A stretch of DNA of 64,000 nt from the human T2T-CHM13v2.0 reference genome, Homo sapiens. Under the pieces are notes generated by a model. It did not search any database. It was not told where the DNA came from and saw nothing but the letters and a program-made list of their open reading frames with translations. The translations under genes were made by a program, and so were the position numbers. The stretch lies in assembly GCF_009914755.1 (NCBI RefSeq), contig NC_060934.1. One strand, given 5' to 3'. Positions 1 to 14,284 of the stretch are shown here, in pieces. How positions within the stretch are numbered: position 1 is the first letter of the stretch; each line of letters starts with the position of its first letter.

Positions 1-340
1 TTTTGCTAAATAAGATGGATTATTATTTAATACATTTTCTGTAAAAATCATTCTTAGTCATAGTGATGATAAGCTCCATGATGATTAAAGATGCTTCCAT
101 TCTATATGACATACTAAGTAACAGGGTGACGAATTATGCTCCCAGGGAATCCAGCAATTGTGGATATGGGAGCAATTTCAGAGAGCCAAGGGAATCTTCC
201 CTCAATAGGAGGTGAGTGAGGGTCTCCTGGGACTCTCACAGGCATGGCCTTCCTTTAGGGCCGAGAGTCAGGAAACCTGTTTAGATATTGCAAACCAGGG
301 CCTGGCTCAGAAACCACAAAATAAGTGATACCTCCACCAC
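1..340 (+). repeat. Local low-copy duplication, copy A (paralog of 3247-3930); probably extends left of the window
   Basis: Colinear match, e.g. TCATTCTTAGTCATAGTGATGATAAGCTCC and GAGAGCCAAGGGAATCTTCCCTCAA occur in both copies. Confidence 0.92.
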
Positions 341-379
341 TAGTAAAACTTCGCAGTGACTTTCTAGAGCCCACAGGAC

Positions 380-975
380 AGAGTCTAACCCCTTGGTATG
401 ACAGGCCTTCCATGACCTGGTCTCTACCCTCCTTCCCTGGTCAACCTCCCAGGTACATTTCTCACTCCAGCTGTACTGAACTGAACTCTTCTGAGGTTCC
501 AAGCCCATCTATTTCACTCATCCTCCAGGCTCTTCTCAGAATGGCTGGCAAACTCTTACTTCTTCAATAGTCAGCTCAATCATGTTCTTCTTTATAAAAC
601 TATCCTTGATTTACTCAAGCAAAGTTGAGTCCTCTTCCTCTTGCCACGATGGTGCCAGAATTTCACCTTGCTTGCTGTGCGTGTTACACTGCAGTGCAGT
701 GACTGCTTAAAGGTCTCTTCCTTTAAGACCACGCAGCAGCTACCATGTTTCTAGCTGTGGTTGTCAAAGTGTGTTCCCCAGACCACAGCTTTAGTATCAT
801 GTGGGAACTTACTAAAAGTTCTTTACCCATACCTCCTAAACTGGGGATTCTCGAGGTAGGGTCTAGCCTTCCAGGTGATTCTAATGCACATTCAGTTTTA
901 AGAACCACTGGCTTAGTACAATGCCTGGACTGAAAAGGTGCTCCACTTACAATGTGTCTATTGACCTGAACTAAA
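380..975 (+). mobile_element. L2 3' fragment, interrupted by MER5A
   Basis: L2-like text GGCCTTCCATGACCTGG...CTCCAGCTGTACTGAAC and terminal AGTACAATGCCTGG. Confidence 0.55.
755..911. mobile_element. MER5A (hAT-Charlie) fragment
   Basis: GTGGTTGTCAAAGTGTGTTCCCCAGACC...CCAGGTGATTCTAATGCACA...AGAACCACTGG termini. Confidence 0.75.
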
Positions 976-1319
976 CAAACTCTTACTTCCTCCAGAGGAG
1001 TTAGGCAAGTCTGATGATATTATCTTGAGCTACCAATAGAGTCCAAGCCAAGGTACTTCAGGGTTCTTCTCAAAATCCTATAAAGAGGTGCTTATCTGTA
1101 CCAGCAGGCACTTCCCATGTTGTCTCTCCCCTAATATCTGACTTTGATCTCCTTTAATAATAACTGCACTCAAGGTTACAAAACTTCAGATTCCCCCTTT
1201 GGCTGTAAGAAGCTAGACAGACCGTCCCTTCCATGTGAGATAATCATCCACAGCGCTTCAATGGCCCTGTGATTTGTGTTTCCCTGGACTCTAGTTTTGT
1301 TGGCCTCACTGCTTAGTCA

Positions 1320-2022
<703 letters not shown>

Positions 2023-2688
2023 TTATTTTGAAGATATACCTTTAACATGAGTATGTGTGTTTGGGGACAAAAAATCAGAGAAGAAAAAACAAAAGTCAGC
2101 AGAAGCCTCAGCCAGAAATCTAGCCGAGTTCCACCTGGACCCAGAGGATGCCCGTGGCTATTCTCTTTGCAACTTCACCTTGACCAGCTCTGATTTTGTG
2201 GTGTCTCCTTCTGGGTTGGGCTCTGTTTCTATGAACTCTTCCTGCCCCGCAGCCCGCACTGTTCCTAGTTTGATCAGGTTTCACTGGTCGGTTCATACTC
2301 CTTTTCTTCATGACTGCTTGTCCCACATTGGTCCCTACTTTTTCAGTTTTCTGTTTAACTACCTCTATAGCTCCCTAATAAAGGAGAATCTCACATGTCC
2401 TTCACCCTTCTTCCATGTTTAAAATTACATTTTTGGAGGGGAAAAGCTGGCACATGATTCAAAAAGAAAGCATATTTGAAATTGTGGTTGAAATTTTGTC
2501 TGTATGGCCGTTATACCTTGTAGCAGGTGTTGGTGTCTTTCTAGGTCCTCTGGGATATTTTATACATACACATGTTGACTTACAGATAAAGATATATTGT
2601 ATACATTGGTTACATTATGGAGTAGAATACTGAAAGTGGGCTGGGGATAGGAGAAACATGTAAGTAAAAAAATATGCAAATTTCTTCC

Positions 2689-2979
2689 TTTTTTTTTGAG
2701 ACAGGGTCTCACTCTGTTGCCCAGGCTGGAGTGCAGTGGTGCAATCGCAGCTGACTGCAGCTTCAACTTACTGAGCTCAAGTGATCCTCCTGCCTCAGCC
2801 TTGTGAGTAGCTGGGACTACAGATGCACACCACTGTGCCAGGCTATTTATTTTTTATTTTTATAGAGACAAAGTCTTGCTATGTTGTCCAGGCTGATGTC
2901 AAACCCCTGGCCTCAAGTGGTCCTCCACCTCAGCCTCCCAAAATGTTGGGATTACAAGCATGAGCCACTGTGCTCACCC
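2689..2979 (-). mobile_element. AluJ
   Basis: poly-T then GAGACAGGGTCTCACTCTGTTGCCCAGGCTGG; TTCTTCC on both flanks. Confidence 0.95.
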
Positions 2980-3246
2980 AGTTCTTCCAGTTTATTTAAG
3001 ACTTTTTGGAAATGATCAAACCCAGTGTTAGAACCTCTAAAGGCAGACACTGAGTCTTCCTAGAAACTAATGATATTGGTAAAACAAGAAAACTATCAAT
3101 GTTGTACCTTCTATTGTAAGATAGCAGGTAAAGAAGCCCCTAGGAATTTTAGAAATGCTAGGCATCAAAATATCTTCATATGGAAAAATACCTAACCAAA
3201 TAATCAAAGTAAATTCTAGGGAATAAGGTTCCGGTTACAAGATGCA

Positions 3247-3969
<723 letters not shown>

Positions 3970-3988
3970 TTACCGCAGTTCTTCTGGC

Positions 3989-4027
3989 AGAGAGAGAGGA
4001 GAGAGAGAGAGAGGGAGACAGAGAGAG
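3989..4027. repeat. (GA)n-like microsatellite
   Basis: AGAGAGAGAGGAGAGAGAGAGAGAGGGAGACAGAGAGAG. Confidence 0.9.
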
Positions 4028-5639
4028 GCCTGCACTTCTCTGAAATTATCCTTCCACAACAATACACTATCTTTTCCTAATAAGGCCGTCCACACTCTCA
4101 GACAGAATTAGCCACATAATGCTGTGCAGCTATTCAAGTTCTCTATGCCACGGAATGTCCGACACCAAAATGACAAACATCTATTTATGTGTTTAGTGAT
4201 AACAGTGTTTATCTACTATTCAATCACCTCTCTTACATCTTACAAAAAAGGGCTCTGCTCTTGGTAATGATCCTGGCCTGAATTTCTCCCAACCAAACAT
4301 GGGAACTCAAAAGTTACCACCAATGCTGTCTAAAGTTATAGCACGGTTTCCAAATGGGCCTATTTTTGCCATTTTAAAGCTGAAGATAACAAATAGTTAA
4401 TGAGCGAGGCATTCATCTGGAGGTGGTGGTAGCAGAAGAATGAGTTTATTCTGGCCAGGGGCCTGGAACGAAATCTCTTCTCTCCTTCGAGTGGCATTTT
4501 ATTATGTTCGAGGTGCATTCTCTTTCTGGTTTGTCCCAAACTAAATTGAGTATGGAATGCACTCCAGTACAAACAGAACCCAGCTTGCTTGATAATAAAA
4601 CTGGGGCTGGGCCTGCTGGTAATATATTGCAGTGTTATAGTCAAAAGTCTTTCTGGAGGAGAAAGAAAAAGCCAGAGTCATTGTTGATATGTATGAAAAC
4701 CAGGAGTTGTTCAAGGATGCAGATCCATCCCTTTCCTTCCCTGCATTCTCCGAGTGGAGAGGGGTGATTTGGTGATGCAGTTTGATGAATTCTCAAGGGA
4801 CAACTGTCTCGGAGAACTCAGGGAGCAAGACAGGGGAAAAGTAGTTGGGGATAGGAAGAGAGAAGAAAAGGTAAGACATTAATGCTGGAGAAGGCAGCAG
4901 GCAGGGAATGTCTTTCCGTAGGAGTTACTGGAAAGATTTGAGAGAGATTTTTCTGATCCAAAGACTCTGGGCAAAGAATACATCTGTCTTTCTTTTCCTT
5001 AAAAGAGATAGGTGTCTTAGGAAGACTTTGGTCTGGGAATAAAGTCTTTTGCTAATTCTCAATCACAAAAAGAATATTCATTTGTTGGGCCAGGTGGAAG
5101 ATCGCCCAGAAGGAAGTAATAAACTTGCTAACGGAGACTAAGAAATCTCTGTGATCTGATCAGCATGGAATGTCACGAAGGAAACTGACTTGGGCATGGG
5201 GATGACTGAGAGTTGAGTTTTGAGATAAACTGGAGGTGTGGCCACAGAAAAATGATTTGAGGACTCTGTGACTCAGTTTCTCCACCTGTAAAATGAGGGA
5301 GTTGTACCCAACGATCTAGGATTCTTCTTGAATCCACATTCCATGACTCTGGTCATGGTGAAGACCCAGCCCAGCAAAAGGAAGGTGCTGTTCCTCCCAG
5401 AATCCTGCTCAAGGACCACATCCCACTGCTGTGAAATGGGAGACATTGAGGTTCTTCCAAACATCATGAAACCCAACTGAAGCTGCAGGAGGTCAAGGCT
5501 CAATAGCAGCCTTGGCTTTGACTTTTGCATTGAAAGCCCAGATGGAAGAGACAGGCTCTTCTTCTGTGGTGTGAAATCCAACCCCTATCCCACTTGCTTA
5601 GCAGCACCATGCTGAAGTGATGTAACTATTAAAATGATG

Positions 5640-5860
5640 GTGATGATGATGGTATTACTACTGATAACCAGAGATAACACTTGATGAACACTTACTATCA
5701 GATGAGCCCCTTTCTAAGCACTTTACAGGTATTAAGTCATTTATCCTCTCTACAACTTTTGTCTTCAGTTTTACAGATGAAGACATCAAGACATGAAAAG
5801 CTTGGGTAACTTGAGTTAGGTCAGGCAGCTATTCAGCTGTGGGGCTGTAATTTGCTCTCC
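5640..5860 (-). mobile_element. MIR
   Basis: CTAAGCACTTTACAGGTATTAAGTCATTTATCCTC...TTTTACAGATGAAGACA core. Confidence 0.75.
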
Positions 5861-6124
5861 ATCAAGCAATTGCAGTCAACACCATTCCTGTTTATATACT
5901 ACTTTGTGACATCTCTTTTTGTCGTCTTGTATTGCATCTCTGCTTCAACTCTTCAGTGGCTCCATGTCACCTCGATTAAAAGATAAAAGCCAACCCCTTG
6001 GTAAGGAGCATCCTCTGACTGGATCATGCTCCCTCCCTGCCCTGTTTTTCTTGCCTAGTAACCAACCCACCTCCATGTCCACCTGGCAAATCCCTGCCCA
6101 GTCTTTGGGTCCTGCACAGGTCTT

Positions 6125-6536
6125 TTCTATGGTTTGAATACATGTGTCCCTCCAAATTTGCATGTTGGAAATTAACTCCCAAGGTCATGGTATTAGCGGT
6201 GGGGCCCTTGGAGGTGATTAAACTACGAGAGCTCTGCCCTCATGGGAAGGATTAGTGCCCTTATGCTGGGGCTTGAGGAAGAGCGGTTACCCCTTTTTTG
6301 CCATTTTGCCCTCTGTCCATTTTGGTATGTGAGGACATAGCATTTGTCCCCTCTGGGGGACACGGCAACAAAGCACCATCTTGGAAACACAGAATGAGCC
6401 CTTACCAGACACAAAATCTGTCAGTGCCTTCATCTTGGACTTCTCAGCTTTCAGAACTGTGAGAAATAAATTTCCATTATTTATAAATTATCCAGTTGGT
6501 GGTATTTTGCTATAGCAGCAGGAATGGAGCCAGACA
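6125..6536 (+). mobile_element. MaLR LTR (MSTD/MLT1A-like) inserted in an L2 fragment
   Basis: TATGGTTTGAAT start, CTTGGACTTCTCAGCTTTCAGAACTGTGAGAAATAAA, ends AGACA. Confidence 0.85.
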
Positions 6537-7076
6537 CCCTTCTAGGTAGACTTTTCGGATTCCTCCAGGCAGAAGGAAGCGCTTCTTCCCATGTTTCCCC
6601 ACATTCTCTCCATTCAACCACCTCTCTGTTACAGGTCTGACCTCCTAGTACTAGAACTGCCTGCTTGTGTCCTATCTGTTTCCCCACTGGACTGGGAGCT
6701 GCACTGGATCTTATATATTTTTGTCTTCCCAGTGTCTTGAGCATAGTGGGCTTTCAATAAATATTTGCCGAATTGAATTATATTACTATGTAGTCTTGGA
6801 TTTACATGCCTTCCCAAGTCAAATTTTAGATCATAAATCCTTGGAAGGCAAACATAAATCCTCTACAGTACATGTCCTAGAGCTGGGAGCATTGCTGATG
6901 CTAAGTAAATATTTATTAGGTGGTTGAGTAAATAAACAAGTACTTTCTGGAAAGGCTTTGACATAAAATAAGTAAAACGGAAACTTTGATCCAGTTATCA
7001 GGAGAAACACCCAATTTGGGGGATAATATCCACAGAGGTAACCAATGAGCTTGAAATGGTGGATAGTGAAAAATGA

Positions 7077-7418
<342 letters not shown>

Positions 7419-7606
7419 GGTGGAATACGGTCCTTTAGATTAGGAGAAGAGACTTATGAGTGTAGCATTAATCGATGTTTCATGCAATGAGAAATCTGTC
7501 TCCAAATTTTATTTTCCTCTTGAGGTTGTACTGTTTATATTAAGCCAAAACCACTTTGATGCATTCATGCCATTGACTATTTTTTCTGCTAAATTTCAAG
7601 AAAGAT

Positions 7607-7676
7607 AGCCAGGTGTGGCAGTTCGAGACCAGGTTGGGCAACATAGCAAGATCTCATCTCCAAAAAGAAAAAAAAA
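7607..7676 (+). mobile_element. Alu left-monomer (FLAM-like) remnant with internal deletion
   Basis: GCCAGGTGTGGCA joined directly to GTTCGAGACCAG...A tail; TSD TCAAGAAAGA at 7596-7605 and 7677-7686. Confidence 0.8.
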
Positions 7677-8284
7677 TCAAGAAAGAAAATGCTTCCAACA
7701 GTCTACAAAGATAAACATACTTTCTTTATTGTCTCTTTGTCCAGTTACTTTCAAATAGTTCTACAGAATGCAATGTATTGAGATTTCTGGCCATGGAAAA
7801 AAACTTCTCACAATCTACAGATAAAAATCTTGAAAAGTTAGGCAAAACCACAGAGGAAATGTTTAAACAATAATAGATTCCTTATTTTCTTTTTTTAAAG
7901 GCTTAAAAATTTATTTAAAGTAATTCTTATTTTCCACTTAATGTCATTTAAAAGGAGACTTCGGAATAAGATTTTCTTATAGGGCCCCAACTTAATCTAT
8001 TACCCCTTAGAAACCCCTCACTCCCCAGAGATGGTCTCAAAATTTGGGTGGGAGTTTGTTGTTGCTGTTGCTTTTAGGTGGAAATGACTCTGTGGCCCAT
8101 TTATTTATTTCTCATTTACTTCAAAAGATACAGTCCTGGAGGAGAAGAGATGAGCAAATCCAATGTGTGCTTTAAATATTTTCGTAATTGTTTCTGTATG
8201 TGTTTCTGGAAAGGGACTTTTTTTTTTTTTGCTAAAGAATAGTCAAGAATATTACTGGCAGATGGAGTCCATCTGGAAAAGTGT

Positions 8285-8450
8285 TTAAGAATCATAGACT
8301 TTTTGTCTTAACAGGGGTTGATGGTCTGGTCCGACCTTTTCAGATGAGGAAACTGAGACCTCTCAGGGGTCTTGCAGAGGAGATGCCAGATGCAGGCAGA
8401 GTGGGGGATCCCGTCCAGGTTTCCCAGTGCCCAGTCCAGTGGGCCTGCTG
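8285..8450 (-). mobile_element. MIR
   Basis: TTTTCAGATGAGGAAACTGAGAC core. Confidence 0.65.
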
Positions 8451-8687
8451 ACAGTGCCGTGGCCTCGCAGAGTAGCTCTGCTTGTTTATCGTGACTTTGA
8501 AGGAAATCGTTGGTTTAGGAAAACTCCTACACTATGGAGATTCTTTGTCAAAAAATATCCTAGATAATAAATCTACTTTATAAGCATGTGCGTTGTTGAA
8601 TGGCAGGAAATGGAGAGGAAGAGGCACAGAAGTGAAGCCAGGAATGGGACAGCACATGAGCTAAAAATAAATAAATAAATAACTCTT

Positions 8688-9005
8688 GGCTGGATATGGT
8701 GACTCACACCTGTAATCCCAGCACTTTAGGAGGCTGAGGCAGGTGGATCACCTGAGGTTGGGAGCTCAAGACCAGCCTGGCCAACACAGTGAAGCTCCGT
8801 TTCTACTGAAAAAAAATAAATAAAAAATAAAAGAAAAACATTAGCTGGGCATGGTGGCACGCGTCTGTAATCCCAGCTACTCGGGAGGCTGAGGCAGGAG
8901 AGAAGCGCTTGAACCCGGGAGGTGGAGGTTGCAGTGAGTGGAGATCACACTACTGCAGTCCAGCCTGGGTGATAGAGCAAGACTTTTTTTCAAAAAACAA
9001 AAAAA
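8688..9005 (+). mobile_element. AluS
   Basis: Dimeric Alu with GGATCACCTGAGGT and A tail. Confidence 0.95.
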
Positions 9006-9489
9006 CTCCTACAGGGACTTTTTGAAACACTAATTTAAATCATGGTTTTGTTTGTTTGTTTGTTTTTTAAGTCATCCATTGATGAAAAAAGATGACAGGC
9101 TCTCTAAGCCTTATAAATCATAGAAAACTGGCCAAATAAATACAGCATAAAGTTGGTTAGGAAGGATGAAATTTGAAAATAGATGCAAGGTAGGTAAAGA
9201 ATGTTCGTGCTAGACCCGAATAGCATACGTTTAAGTCTCTCGTTACAATGGAAGTGTTGAAAAGAATTAGAAATGAATTATATACAAATGGGCAGAAAAG
9301 ACAAGAAGATACCTGCTCCAGGTAAGATAGGGCAGAAATTAGAAACCTCGCTTACCAGGAGTGTAAAGTGTGATTTTAAGGACTCTCTGGAAGGCCCTGG
9401 CCTGATAGGAGATGAACAGCTCCCTGCGTGGGAAGTCTTTGCTTGTGTCACTAGATGATCCATCTCAACTATCCTAAGGGGTGACCCCA

Positions 9490-9687
9490 TGGAAAATGGA
9501 CCAAAGGGTAATTCCATCATATCTATCAAAATGTAAAATGCATACAGCCTTGGTGCAGCAATTCAACTCCAAGGAATTTGTCCAACTGATATACTTCCAA
9601 GTATGTACCAAATACATGTAAAAGGATGCATTGTAGTATTTTTTTATAATTACAAAATAATAGAAATAACCTAAATGTCCATATGTG
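9490..9687 (+). mobile_element. Old L1 (L1M) 3' fragment
   Basis: CAGCAATTCAACTCCAAGGAATTTGTCC...AAATAACCTAAATGTCCA. Confidence 0.7.
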
Positions 9688-9952
9688 GGGGACCTTTATT
9701 CCAGTTTCCCATAAGTTTCTCATTTCCATCTGAGGCCTTGTCAGCCTGGCCTTTGCTGGCCATATTTCTATCAGTATTTTGGTCACAACCATTTTAACTA
9801 GTCTCTAAGAAGTTCCAAACTTTCCCTCATCTTCCTGTCTTTTCCTGAGCCCTCCAAACTCTTCTAGCCTCTGATCATTATCCAGTTCCAAAGTTGCTTC
9901 GACATTTCCAGGTATCTTTCTAGCAACACCCCACTTCTTGGTACCAATTTTC
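9688..9952 (-). mobile_element. MST-int (MaLR internal sequence) abutting its LTR
   Basis: AAGTTCCAAACTTTCCCTCATCTTCCTGTC...CCCCACTTCTTGGTACCAATTTTC immediately next to the LTR. Confidence 0.85.
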
Positions 9953-10667
9953 TTTGTTAGGTCATTTTGCATTGCTAAAAAGAAATAACTGAAGCTGGGT
10001 AATTTGTGGAGAAAGGAGGTTTCATTGACTCATGGTTTTGCAGGCTGTGCTAGCATGGCACCAGCATTTGCTTAGCTTCTGGGGAGGCCCTCAGGAAGCT
10101 TACAATCATGGCAGAAGGTGAAACTGGAGCAGGAACATCACATGGCAAGAGCAGGAGCAAGAGGGAGGCAGAAGGTGCCACAGCATTTTAGATAACCAGA
10201 TCTCATGAGAACTCACTCACTATCATGAGGACAGCACCAACACCAAGACATTCATGAGGCATCTTCCCCTAAAACCTCCCACTAGGCCCCACCTCCAAGC
10301 TGGGGATTACATTCTTTTTTTTTCTTTTTTTGAGATAGGTCTCATTCTGTCATCCATGCTGGAGTGCAATGGTGCGATCAAAGCTCACTGTAGCCTGGAA
10401 ATTCTAGGCTCAAGCAATCCTCCCACCTTAGCCTCTTGAGTTACTGGGACTATAGGCATGCATCACCACACCTGGATAATTTTTTTTTTTTTTTGTAGAT
10501 ATGGGGTTTTGCCATGTTGTCCAAACTGGTCTCAAACTCCTGGGCTCAGGGGATCCTTCCACTCCTGCCTCCCAAAGTGCTAGGATTACAGGCATGAGCC
10601 ACCACATGTGGCCAGGGATTACATTTCAACATGAGATTTGGAGGCAACAAACATCCAAACTATATCA
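9953..10667 (-). mobile_element. MSTB-like LTR, split by an Alu
   Basis: CATTGCTAAAAAGAAATAACTGAAGCTGGGTAATTT...CCAAACTATATCA. Confidence 0.9.
10315..10613 (-). mobile_element. AluJ inside MST LTR
   Basis: TSD GGGATTACATT at 10303-10313 and 10615-10625. Confidence 0.95.
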
Positions 10668-10739
10668 AGTAAGAAAGGCAAGAAGGGCTAGGAGTCTAGC
10701 TCATGAAAAAGTAGGGTAATGGGTAGTAGGGACTGGCTC

Positions 10740-11250
10740 ACTTGAGTTTTGTGAGCCATAGTAGTTTGGATTTTATCCTCACTTCAGTGGGAGGCATTGG
10801 AGGATTTAAGCAGACGAGTGATATGATCTGATTTACATTTTCTGGAAGATCACTCTGGCCACTGTGGGGGGAGGATTTCAGTGAGATGAGTGTAATCAGA
10901 GCAGCTGGAAGGCTGCTGAGATATCCCAGGTGAAAGATGACAGCGGCTACAATGGTGAGATCCTGGGAAATGGTGAGAGGTGATGGGTGTGGGGTGTATT
11001 TTGGAGGTGGAGCCCATAGGACTTGCTGATGTGTGGGAATGAAGTAAAACAGAATCAAGAATGACTCCTTGGTGTTTGTCCTGAGCAACTGGGCATATGG
11101 GGGTACCATTTAGTTCAGAGGGGGAAGATTCTGGAAGGACCAAGTTTGGGGAAGAAAGGGGAGAAAAAGATCAAGTGTTCTGTCTGGATCCTGTTCAGTT
11201 TAAGACTCCAATTCAACACTCAAGTAGAAACTTCAAATATGTAGCTGAAA
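10740..11250 (-). mobile_element. L2
   Basis: GGAGGATTTAAGCAG...TGATCTGATTTACATTTT...GATCACTCTGGC; GAATGACTCCTTGG. Confidence 0.85.
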
Positions 11251-11302
11251 AGGTTATTGTTACAGATGAAAATTTGAGAAAGAATGATTTAGAATTAGAT
11301 GG

Positions 11303-11656
11303 TGACATGGTTTGGTTGTGTCCCTACCCAAATCTCAACTTGAATTGTAGTGTATCTCTAAATTCTCACGTGTTTTAGTAGGGACCCAGGAGGAGCAAAT
11401 TAAATTGTGGAGGCCGGTCTTTCCCATGCTATTCTCACGATAGTGAATAAGTCTCATGAGGTCTGAAGGGTTTATCAGGGCTTTCTGCTTTTGCTTCCTC
11501 ATTTTCTCTTGCCACTGCCATGCAAGAAGTGCCTTTTGCCTCCCACCATGATTCTGAGGCCTCCCCAGCCAAGTGGAACTGTAAGTCCAATTAAACCTCT
11601 TTTTCTTCCCAGTCTCAGTTATGTCTTTATCAGCAGGGTGAAAACAGATTAATACA
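11303..11656 (+). mobile_element. THE1 solo LTR
   Basis: TGACATGGTTTGG...ATTAATACA; 5-bp TSD GATGG (11298-11302, 11657-11661). Confidence 0.95.
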
Positions 11657-12365
11657 GATGGCTACACATAACAAACAATCCTAAATATCAGTGATTTACA
11701 TAAGCCCAGGTTTTTCTTCTTTTCCACTTAATGAAAATCTGGAGCTAGGCAAGTAGGGGCTGATATGGGGTGGGGGGGGGGGTCCAGTATTGGCAAGGAA
11801 GCAGGCACTTGTCTTTTAGCTTTATCATCCTCAGCATGTGTCTGCCACCCTTAAGGTTACCCATGGTCCAGTAAGTAGGGACTATGGAGCTTTTATCATT
11901 AATTCCACATCCCAGGTAGTAGGAAGACTGTGGCAAGGATCAAAGCTGCAGCTGCAGGTCCCTTTGAAGAGCCTTCTTTTTTTTTCTTTTTTTTTTTTGA
12001 AGACAGGGTTTTCCTCTGTTGCCCAGGCTGGAGTGCAGTGTTGTGAACACAGCTCACTGCAGCCTTGACCTCATGGGCTCAAGTGATCCTGCTGCCTCAG
12101 CCCCCTAAGTAGCCAAGACTACAGGTGCACACCACCACACCTGGCTAATTCTTGTATTTTTTGTAGAGATGAGGTTTTGCTATGTTGCCCAGGCTGGTCT
12201 CGAACTCCTGAGCTCAAGAGATTTGCCTGCCTTGGCCTCTCAAAGTGCAGGGCTTACAGGTGTGAGTGAGGAGCCTTCTTTACATGCTGTCTGACATGTC
12301 ATTGTTCAGAACTTAATTACACGGTTGCAAGGGAATGTGGTAAGTGTAGCCTTTTCATAGGGTGC
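11657..12365 (-). mobile_element. Old MLT1 (J/K-like) LTR, interrupted by an Alu
   Basis: TAACAAACAATCCTAAATATCAGTG; CATTGTTCAGAACTTAATTACACGG...GCAAGGGAATGTGG. Confidence 0.55.
11977..12268 (-). mobile_element. AluJ
   Basis: TSD GAGCCTTCTTT on both sides. Confidence 0.95.
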
Positions 12366-13869
12366 CTTGCAGCCCTTAATAACATCTGTCATTAGATTTC
12401 TAAATAATGGGTACAGTCTTGGCTATAAGAGTCATCAGTGCAAACAGTGTTTACAGCCATGGCATTGGACGATGACGTGATCGGCAGAGGAAGGGAAACC
12501 AATCACAGAGGTGCTCATCCACAGCTGTAACGTGCCTCTGGCTCACAGAAACATGGAGCACCAGAGCTTGGCTTGGCTTGTATTGGTCATTCTTTGTCTT
12601 ATTCCTGGGCCATGCATTTTTATAGCACGTGTTTGTCCTTTTCCTTTTGACCTACTTTACCCTTATACAACCTAGTTGAGTTTTATGCACTCTTTCAAGA
12701 AGCCCTTCTAGAACACGACTGTGTATAAATAAATAACAAACAAAGCTTTGATCAGTCTTCCTCTGTCAGAATGGGGAAAGAAGGCGAAAGAAGTAGAAAA
12801 AGAGGAAGTAGAGGAAGGGAAAGGGGCAGGAAATGAGTGGAAAGCAAACTGAGTGATTGAGGAGATTTTTGTTGGGGGTCGGGGAGATGCCTCAGAGCTT
12901 GTGTATTTACATGAGTCATCTGGACACGCTGAAACCCAGTTTCAACTTGAAGGGTTCCTCTCCAACCAACTGCTTCCTGGGGTCTGTCTGGAGAGTTACC
13001 AGAAGGTAATCTTCAACTAGAAGTGATTATTAGGTGGGCATAGGCAGCTGTTGTTGGCAAAGGAAATGCATTTCTTTTTGCTTACCTGTGACCAGTGGTT
13101 TGAGTCTCATGGAAGAAGCTCTCAATGATAGAAACTGAAGTCAGTGCCACATATGTAATTATATAAAGAACTTTGTGATTGCAGCTCAGGAAATGGTCTG
13201 GGTTTCAGACGTCCTCTGTCCTCACTGATGATGGCTGAAACTGAGGGTTTCAAAGTCTCTGGTTGGTGCCAGAGGGTACAGTTGGGTACAGAAAAGTGAG
13301 GAAATACTCTGGAGTCAAATAAAAATGCAAGAAGCAGAGAGCTTTTGAGGATATACAATGTGACGCTTAATGTTTGTCTTCCTTAAATGTCCTCAGTGCC
13401 ACCATGACTAAGTTCTGGAAACAGAGAATCCTGTTTTGATTCTGTGACTCAGAGGGCATAATATGTTGGCTCTTTGCCCTGGGGCCCAGGGTATCCAGTG
13501 AAGCAAAAACAACTAGGCTACAGCTGCACTTCCCTGTGCTGCATGCTGCAGGGGCTGGAACCAGAAAGGCCACAGGGAATCTGAGAAAATTCACTTCTCT
13601 TAAGCTTCTCACTATTTCTCCAAAGCAAAGACAGGAGGGCTGCTGCCAGGACTGTGAGAGTTTGTACAGTATTGTGGTGCAATTGCAAAAGGCGTGCTTT
13701 CTCCTGGCAGGTGCAGCCCCCACACAGGGCTCAGCATGTGGTTAGTGGAGAACAGGCTGGATTTAGGTCCCCATCCTCCCTCTCAGCAGAGCATCCCTGC
13801 AGAGAGAAAAACCCACACACCCACCCACCTGTGGTAGCGCTGGCTGCTACCTACTTCACACATCCTGCC

Positions 13870-14230
13870 TGATAAGGTTTGGCTGCGTCCTCACCCAAAT
13901 CTCACCTTGAATTGTAACTTCCATAATTCCCAAGTGTTGTGGGAGGGACCCAGTGGGAGATAATTGAATATGGGGGCAGTTTCCCCCATACTGTTCTTGT
14001 GGTAGTGAGTAAGTCTCTTGAGATCTGATTTTTATAAGAGGTTTCCCCTTTTGCTTGGGTCTCATTTTCTCCCTTGTCTGCCACCATGTAAGATGTGCCT
14101 TTCACCTTCTGCCATGATTGTGAGGCCTCCCCAGCCATGTGGGACTGTGAGTCAATTAAACCTCTTTTTCTTTATAAATTACCCACTCTCAGATATGTCT
14201 TTATCAACAGCGTGAAAACGGACTAATACA
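13870..14230 (+). mobile_element. THE1 solo LTR
   Basis: TGATAAGGTTTGGCTG...GGACTAATACA; TSD CTGCC (13865-13869, 14231-14235). Confidence 0.96.
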
Positions 14231-14284
14231 CTGCCTGTCACCACTGGGGCTGTCCCAATGCTTCATGCCCTTGGAGTGGTGGCC

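Noticed and set aside
13397-13438. Strong Kozak GCCACCATG after an acceptor-like CCTCAG
   Set aside because: ORF is only 11 codons (MTKFWKQRILF) with no downstream support.
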